From assembly GCA_000002435.2 (NCBI GenBank), contig CM018793.1: a stretch of DNA of 64,000 bases; one strand, written 5' to 3'. The notes under the pieces were generated by a model. It saw only the letters and a program-made list of their open reading frames with translations, did no database searches and had not been told where the DNA came from. The DNA comes from Giardia intestinalis. Its lineage: Eukaryota. Every line of letters starts with the position of its first letter. Within the stretch, counting starts at the first letter, position 1. The translations under genes and the position numbers were made by a program. Below are positions 20,250 to 29,370 of the stretch, piece after piece.

Positions 20250-21197
20250 ATGATGTTTAGAATGTGTGGCTGTGGCCCTCTCGTGAAGCTGCGGATAGAA
20301 AGTTTAGGGGTTGGGCCAGATGAACCCACAGCGAATGTAGACGCCTCTACTAACACTGCTAACCCAGATCCCTGTGTCTCTGGCCGGGAGAGCCAGAAGA
20401 TTGCCGTCTCGCCAGCTCTTACATTTCGCTCTGCTTATAGTGCTCTTTCAGGGAGGACGACGACAGATATTGATGTCACCCCTCTATATCATCAGTTCAC
20501 AGTTCAACCTGAACCCCAGGAAACATTAACTCCTCGCGAAATAGATCAACTCATCTCATTTCTGTATGCCTATATGGAGCATCGCATGGTGCCGCAACAA
20601 TGTGCTATCCCTACATACGTTGACGTCCTAGAGGACCGAAATGCGCTAATCTCATTGGCTAGACTAAACGTAGAGCGAATGCACGCCTTCGCTGAATCAT
20701 TCATCCAAAGGGATTCCTTCTTGGCCTTCCTCGCACTCTTCTTTCGTGAAAGCCCGCTTCGCCATCTAACCACACGGAGCAACGTGAAGTTCATACAAAA
20801 CAACAGGTATGGGGTAATTTTTACACAACATACACTTATGCGCGTGTTAGTTAATTATGTGAGTTCTCACTGGTCCGACACGATGGGTGTGCAGCTGTTC
20901 TACGCAGTCCGAGCCGATCTACTGCGGAATGGAGCGCTAGGAGTCACTATTTCAGACCTGCGAATGCAGCAAAAAGGCAACCAGGATCCCGTAGACCAGG
21001 GGTCTACTCCCACCAGGGGAGCTGCTTGTTGCAGTAGATGGTCACAAAATAGAATGGTTGTTCTATCGATGCTAAAATGTGGAACGCTACTTCGTATCGT
21101 AGGGGCGATAGAGCCAGATAATAATTATCAAGTGGACTGCTTTGAGTTGGGTTGCTTCCTAGAAGTCCTCTTATCTATGCTTGACTTGGTCAAGTAA
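20250..21197 (+). CDS. Hypothetical protein (315 aa)
   Basis: Long ORF with a verified ATG. No domain recognised. Confidence 0.45.
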   Translation: MMFRMCGCGPLVKLRIESLGVGPDEPTANVDASTNTANPDPCVSGRESQKIAVSPALTFRSAYSALSGRTTTDIDVTPLYHQFTVQPEPQETLTPREIDQLISFLYAYMEHRMVPQQCAIPTYVDVLEDRNALISLARLNVERMHAFAESFIQRDSFLAFLALFFRESPLRHLTTRSNVKFIQNNRYGVIFTQHTLMRVLVNYVSSHWSDTMGVQLFYAVRADLLRNGALGVTISDLRMQQKGNQDPVDQGSTPTRGAACCSRWSQNRMVVLSMLKCGTLLRIVGAIEPDNNYQVDCFELGCFLEVLLSMLDLVK

Positions 21198-21211
21198 TTG
21201 AACGAGTTGCA

Positions 21212-21790
21212 CTAGAGAAGGTCTAGCTTGAGTGAGTATGTGTTTCCGCGCCTATTTCGTCTGAACCTTTCACATCGGCGGCGGAAAAAGCATTCATGTT
21301 TATACAGTTCCTTCTCCCAAGTTGTGAGAGGGGTGCGGTGAAGTACAGAGAGATCCGATGCTTTCCTGGAGCAGATGAGGCGAAAGCGCCGCGACATGAG
21401 TTTCTTTAAATTGTTGAAATAGCTTCGCCTGAAGTCGCTGCTGGCAAATGCGGCACGCTTAATAAGACAGCAATGAAGAGCAGCGCTCTCGAAAGCGTTG
21501 CGAGTGTATTTATAATAGGCTGCACTCGACACGCTGTACGGCTCTGTTATCATCTCAAGCTCTTTCTCCTGCGTTACCATTCCCGATGTACGAACTGTGA
21601 TAAAATTTGGCTCAAGAAGTCTATCTGCGAACCAAAGAGGCACATAGACGGTCGCGCCTTTTTGCAACTCCTGGGATGCATTCGTTGTGTCTAGTAGCCC
21701 CAGGGCGTGTATTTCCATCCTCGTACGAACAGAAATACGCTCGGAGCGCGCCAAAGCTTCATCGATACTAAGATAATCAAAGAGTAGCAT
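21212..21790 (-). CDS. Hypothetical protein
   Basis: ORF. The track start at 21826 is a TTG; first ATG at 21788-21790. Confidence 0.4.
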   Translation of the reverse strand: MLLFDYLSIDEALARSERISVRTRMEIHALGLLDTTNASQELQKGATVYVPLWFADRLLEPNFITVRTSGMVTQEKELEMITEPYSVSSAAYYKYTRNAFESAALHCCLIKRAAFASSDFRRSYFNNLKKLMSRRFRLICSRKASDLSVLHRTPLTTWEKELYKHECFFRRRCERFRRNRRGNTYSLKLDLL

Positions 21791-22317
21791 AGATATTAAA
21801 ATAATTGATATCTGCGAAATTGGCAATGACGTTGGTATGCGCCGGGTACGAATGGTACCATTGCTGACTTCGAATGGGTCCGCATCAACTGGCGGAATTA
21901 TCGGACAAGCTTCCTGGTCCGTTTTTTAAGCGTCTGTTTGTCTCAATGTGCAATCTATTTTTCCTGTCAATAACGCTAGCTACTGGGGAGTTTGCTAACT
22001 GCTTGCTATAGATACCTCAGTTACATGTGCTACACTTTCTTGTCAACAAGTCTGGGAAGCTTTACACTTAGACCTCGTTTAAAAGTATTGTATTAATTGT
22101 AATAACAGGTCAGTCGGTCTTTTTAGTGGCATAAGCTTCGCAACCATTTCACGGGCGACAGCCTCAGGGGCGTCCTACCATTGCAATTAATACAAATGCG
22201 CAATTGATGTTCTAGATATAACTAACGGTAACAACTGGCCTGTAGAATGTATGGTAACCTCTACTCGTTCTAATATACTACATAAAATTATTCTAGGAAA
22301 CGCTGTGCATTTAGCAA

Positions 22318-25300
22318 ATGAAACAAAAAATGCATAAGGTCCACTCCTGCCCGTTTGCCTTTGTAGGAGAGGGTACCACTAATTTAATGGTTGCGGCATC
22401 TCACGGGAATATTTCTGAGCTAGAGAAAAATCTCGACCAGGCGGGTTCATACAATGCCCGTGGCCAGACGGCTCTCATGCTCGCCGCAGAGCACGGTAAT
22501 GAAGAGGCCATAAAGACCCTTGTTAAGGTAGAGTCGACCTTAGCAGATTCCAGTGGCCGAACCGCACTTATGTATGCCCTAGATCATGATCACTCACGCT
22601 GCGCCAAGATTCTGATTGAGAAGGAAGCAGGACGGCAAGACGAAGATGGAGAGACTGCATTGATGCTTGCAGTGAAGAAGAACAACTATAGATTAGCTCG
22701 CCTCCTTGCACGTTGGGAGGGAGGATATCAGAACACGCATGGCATGACTGCCCTGATGATGGCTGTGCAGTCGAACCACTTGGAGAGCACAAAACTGTTA
22801 CTTCCACTAGAGATGGGTTGTCAGGATGAGCGAGGTTGGACAGCCCTTATGATGGCAGCGGACGCTGGAAACGTTATGAGAGTGGGCCTTCTGGCGCGTG
22901 CTGAGGCCGGAATTGTAGATAATGCAAAAGAAACTGCACTCATGAAGGCCGCTCGCAATGGTCATAATAACTGTGTTAGAATACTGGCTAAGCGGGAGGG
23001 CAGAGCGAGAAATGACAAAGGCTTCACGGCTTTGATGATTGCTGCATCTATGGGGTATAGTAGCTGTGTTAAGACGCTGCTTTTTGAAACAGGCCTGAGA
23101 AATACTGTCAAGGAAACAGCCTTGATTATAAGCATTAAAAGCAGACATGATGCGTGCGTCGACATCTTACTACCACATGAAGGAGAGTTTCCTGATTCAC
23201 GAGGAGAGAATGCCTTGTTTTGGGCTATAAGAAACAACGATTTAACATATATAGATAAATTGATAGTTCATCTCAAAGGACGGCACTCTGCTCAAGGAAA
23301 AACAGCGCTGATGCTTGCAGTTGAGTTGCATAATATCCCTGCCATCCAAAAGCTCTTGCCGCACGAGGCACGGCTTTGTGACAACAAGGGCCGGTCAGCG
23401 CTCATGTATGCAGCAGAGCTGGGAAACGCAGTACTAGCTGCGCTGCTTGTGGACCATGAGGCAAAGATTCTCGACGTTTACGGTAGAACAGCTCTCATGC
23501 GCGCGATGAAGCATGGCTATATAGATTGCTTTCACGCTTTGTTATCTCACGAAGTTTTAGTAAGAAGTAGCAAAGGACTTTCAGTGCTGGATCTTTGTCT
23601 CAAGTGGGCGCTTGAGGGTGTTAGTGACTTTGAAGATCTTGATGATGAGGCGTTTTCCACTTCTACACTGGACTGCGATTCTACTGACTCTCTGCCCGTG
23701 TCAGGGCCTAATTTGGCCTACAACGAAATCGCCACATCTAAGATAAAGCTTATGGAGAACGATTATATCTCCACATCTACTCCTTGTCTCCAGCTGAGGA
23801 TGGACAACAATGTGGACGAGAGCAACCCCAACATGGCTCCTTTGATGCAGAATATCTCGTTTAGTAGTAATTTAACCCCAAATAGTGAAGTATTAAGCTT
23901 TACTACAGATAGCAGTGCTGGGCTGGATATGCAGCTAGGCCTAACTGACTTGTCCTTTACATCAGAGCAGCTGCCTGGGAGCCTGCATCAGTCTCCAGGA
24001 TCTTTAAATGCCCCCAGTACTACTCTGACAGCATCGGAAATTAGTAATGTCGACGCGAACGTCCTTTTGACGCCAGCACAAATGCACGGCCCATTCTGTG
24101 GAGCTAACCTTTTGTCTCGAGTTACCCCTTCTGACCTACCTGATACCACACAGTCCTCTTTGCGGTACTCTAGGTTGCCACCTTTGCCTTCATGTGTGCT
24201 GACTCCTGGTCCAGCAGTTCAACCAGTGCCTCAGCCTAAAGACCCAGAGCGGCAGGTTGCTGATGTCTCCTACGAGTCGTCACATGAAGCAAAAACACAG
24301 AAAAGTAGTGGGAAGCAGTCTTGGTTCAAGCACAAGGTTAAGAGCATTGGGACGAAGTTGTCCCTGCTCGGGCGAAAAGAGAAGCAAGCAGAGCCTGTAG
24401 AAAAAGAGCCGAGACCATCTGCTGTTATTCCTGTCAAAAAGGCAGTCGCACTACGCACACCTCGTCACCAAAAGCTTGGCGTGTACACGTCCTCTGATAG
24501 TGAGTCAGAGAACGATATAGGCCTCGGAATCATAGCGGTAGAGCCAGAAGATACAGTTCCTTCCAAGAGTAGAAGCCGTCCTTTTTCATTAAGATGCGCC
24601 ACTGACAGGGACGCCACCGCTTCCGGGGTTATATGCGTTAGTAGTATGACCAATCTCTCGGACTCATCGTCACTAGCCCGTGTCTCCTCGAGTCACGCAC
24701 CTGTTGATGCCATTGACCGGGGTGGAGTGAGGTTTGGAGAAATGAACGTGCCGGGATCTAAACCTATTAGTCGGATTTACAGTCTTAGCCGTCTATCCAA
24801 GGCGACTAGAGATGATATTGATGAATACAGAACACAGATCTCCTCGCATCTAGATAAGACGGATCAGCGCCTGGTGCTAACCCCGCGAAATCCCACCGTA
24901 TTGTCTGCAGAGCGTACAATGCTCATGGAGTATGCTATAAAGGGAGATATCACTGGTGTGCAACGGCATCTTCACGAGCTAGGGGCCATGTGTACAACGG
25001 ATGGAGACAGCTCTGGTGCAACGGCTTTGATGTTAGCAGTAATAGAAGACAACGTCAATGTGATACCTTATTTGTTGAACGAGCTAGGAATTGTCAATAA
25101 GAAGGGCTATACTGCTCTCATTTATGCTGCACAGGACGGTCTAGAAGAAACTGTCCCGCTCCTGCTTTTGGAAGCAGGGATGAAGAGTCAGACGGGGCGC
25201 ACCGCTCTTATTCAGGCAGCGGCGTTCGGCCAGACGCCAATATTGCCTTATCTTATCCCGTCGGAAGCAGGCATCTGCACCAATAAAAGCCAAACGGCCC

Positions 25301-25854
25301 TAATGCGTGCGGCACAGAACGGACACTTTAGGTGTGTCGAAATTTTGAAAGAGAGTTCTAAAGAGATCAAGCGGGTTGACAAGGACGGCCGGACAGCTCT
25401 GTGGAAGGCAGCTTCTGACGGTCACATTGAATGCACTGCTATGCTTGCTCCTTTGGAGTCAAAGATTGCCGCTAAAGATGGGACGACTGCTCTCATTATG
25501 GCTGCAGAACGCGGCCATACAATGTGCGCCCGTATCCTCACTGCTTGGGAGGCCAGACTCACAGACAAAACACATACGACTGCGTTGATGTATGCAGCAC
25601 GCGCTGGAAACATCGAGTGTGTGCGACTCCTTGCGCCCCTTGAGCAGCGTATGCGTCGTGTGGACGGAACAACAGCTCTAATCGTCTCCATCCGGGCCCG
25701 CAAGCCTGAGTGTACAAAGCTCCTCCTTGCAGAGGCAAATATGCGGAGTGGGGCAGGAGAGTCTGTGCTTGCCATTGCGAAACAGATGAACAGCATGGCA
25801 TGCCACCAGGTCATTCTTAGCGCAAAGCACAATCAACAGGAATTCACTTCATAG
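22318..25854 (+). CDS. Large ankyrin-repeat protein (Protein 21.1 family): N- and C-terminal ankyrin blocks separated by a ~450-aa Ser/Thr/Pro-rich low-complexity region
   Basis: GQTALMLAAEHGN-type repeats at both ends. Verified ATG. Confidence 0.85.
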   Translation: MKQKMHKVHSCPFAFVGEGTTNLMVAASHGNISELEKNLDQAGSYNARGQTALMLAAEHGNEEAIKTLVKVESTLADSSGRTALMYALDHDHSRCAKILIEKEAGRQDEDGETALMLAVKKNNYRLARLLARWEGGYQNTHGMTALMMAVQSNHLESTKLLLPLEMGCQDERGWTALMMAADAGNVMRVGLLARAEAGIVDNAKETALMKAARNGHNNCVRILAKREGRARNDKGFTALMIAASMGYSSCVKTLLFETGLRNTVKETALIISIKSRHDACVDILLPHEGEFPDSRGENALFWAIRNNDLTYIDKLIVHLKGRHSAQGKTALMLAVELHNIPAIQKLLPHEARLCDNKGRSALMYAAELGNAVLAALLVDHEAKILDVYGRTALMRAMKHGYIDCFHALLSHEVLVRSSKGLSVLDLCLKWALEGVSDFEDLDDEAFSTSTLDCDSTDSLPVSGPNLAYNEIATSKIKLMENDYISTSTPCLQLRMDNNVDESNPNMAPLMQNISFSSNLTPNSEVLSFTTDSSAGLDMQLGLTDLSFTSEQLPGSLHQSPGSLNAPSTTLTASEISNVDANVLLTPAQMHGPFCGANLLSRVTPSDLPDTTQSSLRYSRLPPLPSCVLTPGPAVQPVPQPKDPERQVADVSYESSHEAKTQKSSGKQSWFKHKVKSIGTKLSLLGRKEKQAEPVEKEPRPSAVIPVKKAVALRTPRHQKLGVYTSSDSESENDIGLGIIAVEPEDTVPSKSRSRPFSLRCATDRDATASGVICVSSMTNLSDSSSLARVSSSHAPVDAIDRGGVRFGEMNVPGSKPISRIYSLSRLSKATRDDIDEYRTQISSHLDKTDQRLVLTPRNPTVLSAERTMLMEYAIKGDITGVQRHLHELGAMCTTDGDSSGATALMLAVIEDNVNVIPYLLNELGIVNKKGYTALIYAAQDGLEETVPLLLLEAGMKSQTGRTALIQAAAFGQTPILPYLIPSEAGICTNKSQTALMRAAQNGHFRCVEILKESSKEIKRVDKDGRTALWKAASDGHIECTAMLAPLESKIAAKDGTTALIMAAERGHTMCARILTAWEARLTDKTHTTALMYAARAGNIECVRLLAPLEQRMRRVDGTTALIVSIRARKPECTKLLLAEANMRSGAGESVLAIAKQMNSMACHQVILSAKHNQQEFTS

Positions 25855-28800
25855 CCGGAATGTTCTCGCACGCAACAAAGTCCGTCTGGCCGGCGACATT
25901 GCGAAGGACTGTTTGTCCTGCTGAGACGGGTGCCTCTACTTGGATTGCGGGTGTTGCATTAAGCTCTTTCAGAACCGAACTCATGCGATCGACAGGGACG
26001 GGCGTCTTGTTCTTTACGATAACATGAGGCTTCGCTCCGTTCAGAACAGGAATTGCTGTGGAGAATACCCCTAGAAGACGATTATCAACTACCTTGACGG
26101 AAAACTCATGCGGATCGAACTCCAACTTCAGAGTAATGTTCACGCCCGGCACAAGGTCCTGAAAGGCTGAGTTGGAAACGACCATCCTCGTAACTACCGT
26201 TGGAGACACCTCCCTAAACTTCTCCGTTGCTAGCACTTTACCTGTGCTAGTTGTGGAGACCGTGACGCGGACATTTGCCATGGCTCGCGTCGTTTTAAAG
26301 TAAATGAAAGTCTCACCGCTCTTGTCTGTGGGGCGCTTTGAAAGGGTGATGCTTTGCGGCATGAAGTACTTAATGTCACTCCGGTTCGTCTCACTCAGTG
26401 TCAGGTTAACAGATGGAGGATTGTAGGAGCGTGCAGTATCGCCAACGTCTATCGCAGCATTAAACCCTGCCAGCTTTCCTTCTGCAAAGGAAGACTCGGC
26501 GGACGGATGGCAATGAAGGTTTCCGCCCGCAGCATATAGGAGCTTGTCGCTGGCAACAGCACAACGGTTGTCCACCAAAAGCCCACAATACTGAGAACTC
26601 ACGCCCTTACATCCCATCCCCTTGACAAGGGCCATCTGGGGCAGAGTACCAAGCGACGTCACGAGGCAATCACAAGCAACGGTCTCGGCCTCGTCTGCAG
26701 TCACCCCCTTTGTCAAGGGATTAACCGGGGCTATGCACACAGATTCTATTACGCCCTGTCCATTAATACGCGAAATGGATTTATTGTAGCTGATCGGAAT
26801 ATCAAACTCCTTTGTTAAAAGGTCCAAGTACTGAGAATTCCCTACAAGATGAGACTCTGGTTCATAGATACCGAGGACTTGTCCCCCTGAGATGGAGATC
26901 TGACGCGCTGCAAGCAGACCCGAATCTCCTGACCCAAAGATAACAACTCGCTTGCCTGGAAGAACATTGTCAAAGGCAATAGACCTCAGTGCAGCATCAG
27001 CGGTCATAACTCCATATGGGCGTGTTCCCGGGATAGCAGCATTAAAGCGGTGCTTTTCGCGGCTCCCCAGACAGAAAATAACAGCTTTGGCAGATATCTC
27101 AAGCTGTCCGACGTTTGCAGACATGCACTTCACAGTGAAAAGCTTACGAGATGTGTTGTAGCTACTGTCTAAAATAAACGTGTTCAAAATAGTTATAACG
27201 CCAGTCTTCATCAAATCTTCTCGAAGTTGCACTGCAAACTCAGGGCCTGTAAGCGCAGTTGAACCATCCCCGGCGTTGTGCGATCTATGAAGAGCATACA
27301 TCAAGGACCCTCCCACATAAGCGTCTTTAGTGATGACCAATATCCTAGCATCGGGATTCGTGTCATAGGCAGCCAGAGCCGCTCCCAGACCGGCAGGTCC
27401 GGTACCAAGAACGACGAGATCAAAGGCATGTATACACTGAACAAGCTTTGTGCTGAGCGAAAAGGCATTCAGCGCAGACTCCTTAGTGTGCTTGGGTCCG
27501 AAAAGAAGGTTGCTCACCAGGCTAGCACGGATGCCGACCTCGCTGCAGTCCAGAGGGCGATACAGCTTGACATCAACAGTACTCGATGGGTATGCCTTGT
27601 CCATCGGGGTGTTGTGGCTTATTCGACAAACCTGTTCATAGGACACGCCAAGCCTCGCTGCCAAAAGCTTTCTTAGCTTGCTTGAGCAAAAGCTCCCCTG
27701 ACAACGGCCAGCTGTTGCGCGGGTCCTTAGCTTTAGACCAGTAATGGACCTTGCGCCTTCGGTGATGGCGTTCTCGATGTCTGCCTCAGTAACGCACTCG
27801 CATCCGCAAACAATCTTTGAAAAGTTCAGATCCTTCTCAATAAGACCGTGGCGCTTATCCAACGCAGTGCGGCAGAGACGGCTAGTAATAGGGTACCAGA
27901 ACCATGCTTCGGGTGGCTTCACGATGCTGCTCATCCGATGGGAAGGATAGCGCAGCTTGACCAGCTCGATCAAATATGCACCTATGGCAGGACCAGCGGT
28001 AAGACCAGGGGACTGTATTCCCGCGCATTGGATGAACCCGTCTTCATCTCTGATTACAAAGTCATTGGAAGGAAGAACTGCCCGAGCGCTAGCGAAGCTA
28101 TACATGATCTCCTCTGGGACAATACGAGGACAGAGTGCATGAGCATGTGCGAAGATGGTAGAACGGCCATCCTCGGTCGTCTCGATGTCTGCCATATTAG
28201 ACCCAGTGCTTCCTAAGGGTTCAGCCGTAGGGCCTACCATAACCGTTCCATCAACTGTGGGTATGATCAGCATCCCCTTTGATGAAGCGTTATTTGGGAT
28301 AACAGAGAAGATAACTCTAGTGACAACGTCTTTCAGGTTTTTATCTAAAACATAGAGCTCGCCGCGACGCTTTGTGATGTTGATTGGGGTGGCGTTTTTC
28401 AGGAGCTCTGTAACAGATCCTGCATCAACACCGGTCGCATTAATAACAGTTTGCGCGTAGAGGTAAACAGGAGAAGAGCCCTGGCGAGAGATTCTCAGCT
28501 CAAAGATGACCTTTGGAGCAGACTCCACCAATGCGTCACCATCTTCTTCCGCTAGTCTATTAATTTTACGAATACCCGTAACCGTCGATCCACACGATAT
28601 CTCTACACCATTTGCCATCGCACAGTTTGCCATTGCGTTGCACAATTCAAACGGATTGACAACACTGGTCTCGGGTATTGAAAGAGCGCCTTCGATAGAA
28701 TCAATAGCTAAGTTAGGCTCTTCAAGCTTGACCCTTGCGGGTCCCCAGAGAGAGCACTCCAAGTCGAGCGCAGCACACGACTTTTGAAGTTCTTGCAAGG

Positions 28801-29179
28801 CGTTGAGTTCAGCCTCGTTTCTGGCAATTACCAGTTCTCCGCAGCGGCGCAATGATACGTTCAGGCTTTTGCAGAGATGCGCAAAGATTCTCCTCCCTTT
28901 TTGTTCCAACTGGGCTTTGAGAGTTCCCTGGGTCGTGTGCACTCCACAATGCACGATGCCACTATTTGCACGGGTTGTGGCAACGCTCGTCTCGAGACCC
29001 CTCTCTAGCAAAATTGACTTAAGAGTGGTGTGAGATGCTTCAAGGGCCGCGGAAACCCCGCTTATCCCACCCCCAATAATCGCAAGATCGTAAATGTCCG
29101 CCGATGCCAGCTTTGCAAACGGCTGAGGAGAGTCGAAGAATGTATGGCTCTGGATTGGTAAAGGGTGAGCGGTGGTCAT
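25844..29179 (-). CDS. FAD-dependent glycerol-3-phosphate dehydrogenase-like multidomain oxidoreductase: DAO/GlpA-type FAD domain, a BFD-like [2Fe-2S]-binding domain, and a pyridine nucleotide-disulfide oxidoreductase module
   Basis: N-terminal IYDLAIIGGGISGVSAALEA (GxGxxG). CGCECVTEADIENAI....TRATAGRCQGSFC (BFD-like). A second dinucleotide fold FDLVVLGTGPAGLGAALAAY plus RVVIFGSGDSGLLAA. 1111 aa. Confidence 0.65.
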   Translation of the reverse strand: MTTAHPLPIQSHTFFDSPQPFAKLASADIYDLAIIGGGISGVSAALEASHTTLKSILLERGLETSVATTRANSGIVHCGVHTTQGTLKAQLEQKGRRIFAHLCKSLNVSLRRCGELVIARNEAELNALQELQKSCAALDLECSLWGPARVKLEEPNLAIDSIEGALSIPETSVVNPFELCNAMANCAMANGVEISCGSTVTGIRKINRLAEEDGDALVESAPKVIFELRISRQGSSPVYLYAQTVINATGVDAGSVTELLKNATPINITKRRGELYVLDKNLKDVVTRVIFSVIPNNASSKGMLIIPTVDGTVMVGPTAEPLGSTGSNMADIETTEDGRSTIFAHAHALCPRIVPEEIMYSFASARAVLPSNDFVIRDEDGFIQCAGIQSPGLTAGPAIGAYLIELVKLRYPSHRMSSIVKPPEAWFWYPITSRLCRTALDKRHGLIEKDLNFSKIVCGCECVTEADIENAITEGARSITGLKLRTRATAGRCQGSFCSSKLRKLLAARLGVSYEQVCRISHNTPMDKAYPSSTVDVKLYRPLDCSEVGIRASLVSNLLFGPKHTKESALNAFSLSTKLVQCIHAFDLVVLGTGPAGLGAALAAYDTNPDARILVITKDAYVGGSLMYALHRSHNAGDGSTALTGPEFAVQLREDLMKTGVITILNTFILDSSYNTSRKLFTVKCMSANVGQLEISAKAVIFCLGSREKHRFNAAIPGTRPYGVMTADAALRSIAFDNVLPGKRVVIFGSGDSGLLAARQISISGGQVLGIYEPESHLVGNSQYLDLLTKEFDIPISYNKSISRINGQGVIESVCIAPVNPLTKGVTADEAETVACDCLVTSLGTLPQMALVKGMGCKGVSSQYCGLLVDNRCAVASDKLLYAAGGNLHCHPSAESSFAEGKLAGFNAAIDVGDTARSYNPPSVNLTLSETNRSDIKYFMPQSITLSKRPTDKSGETFIYFKTTRAMANVRVTVSTTSTGKVLATEKFREVSPTVVTRMVVSNSAFQDLVPGVNITLKLEFDPHEFSVKVVDNRLLGVFSTAIPVLNGAKPHVIVKNKTPVPVDRMSSVLKELNATPAIQVEAPVSAGQTVLRNVAGQTDFVACENIPAMK

Positions 29180-29370
29180 TTTAAAAACATCTTTAGCCTT
29201 TGAGTTTTAAAATTATTGACTAAACACATCACAGAACTGCGATGCGGTGAGGGACGACCAAACGCTAGATTGGACACAAGTGCCTTATTTACTTTGTTGT
29301 GAAAAACGTGACGAACATCAATCTGCATTCAACGATTGATGCCTATTAGTGTACCTTGGAGCTCTACCTG

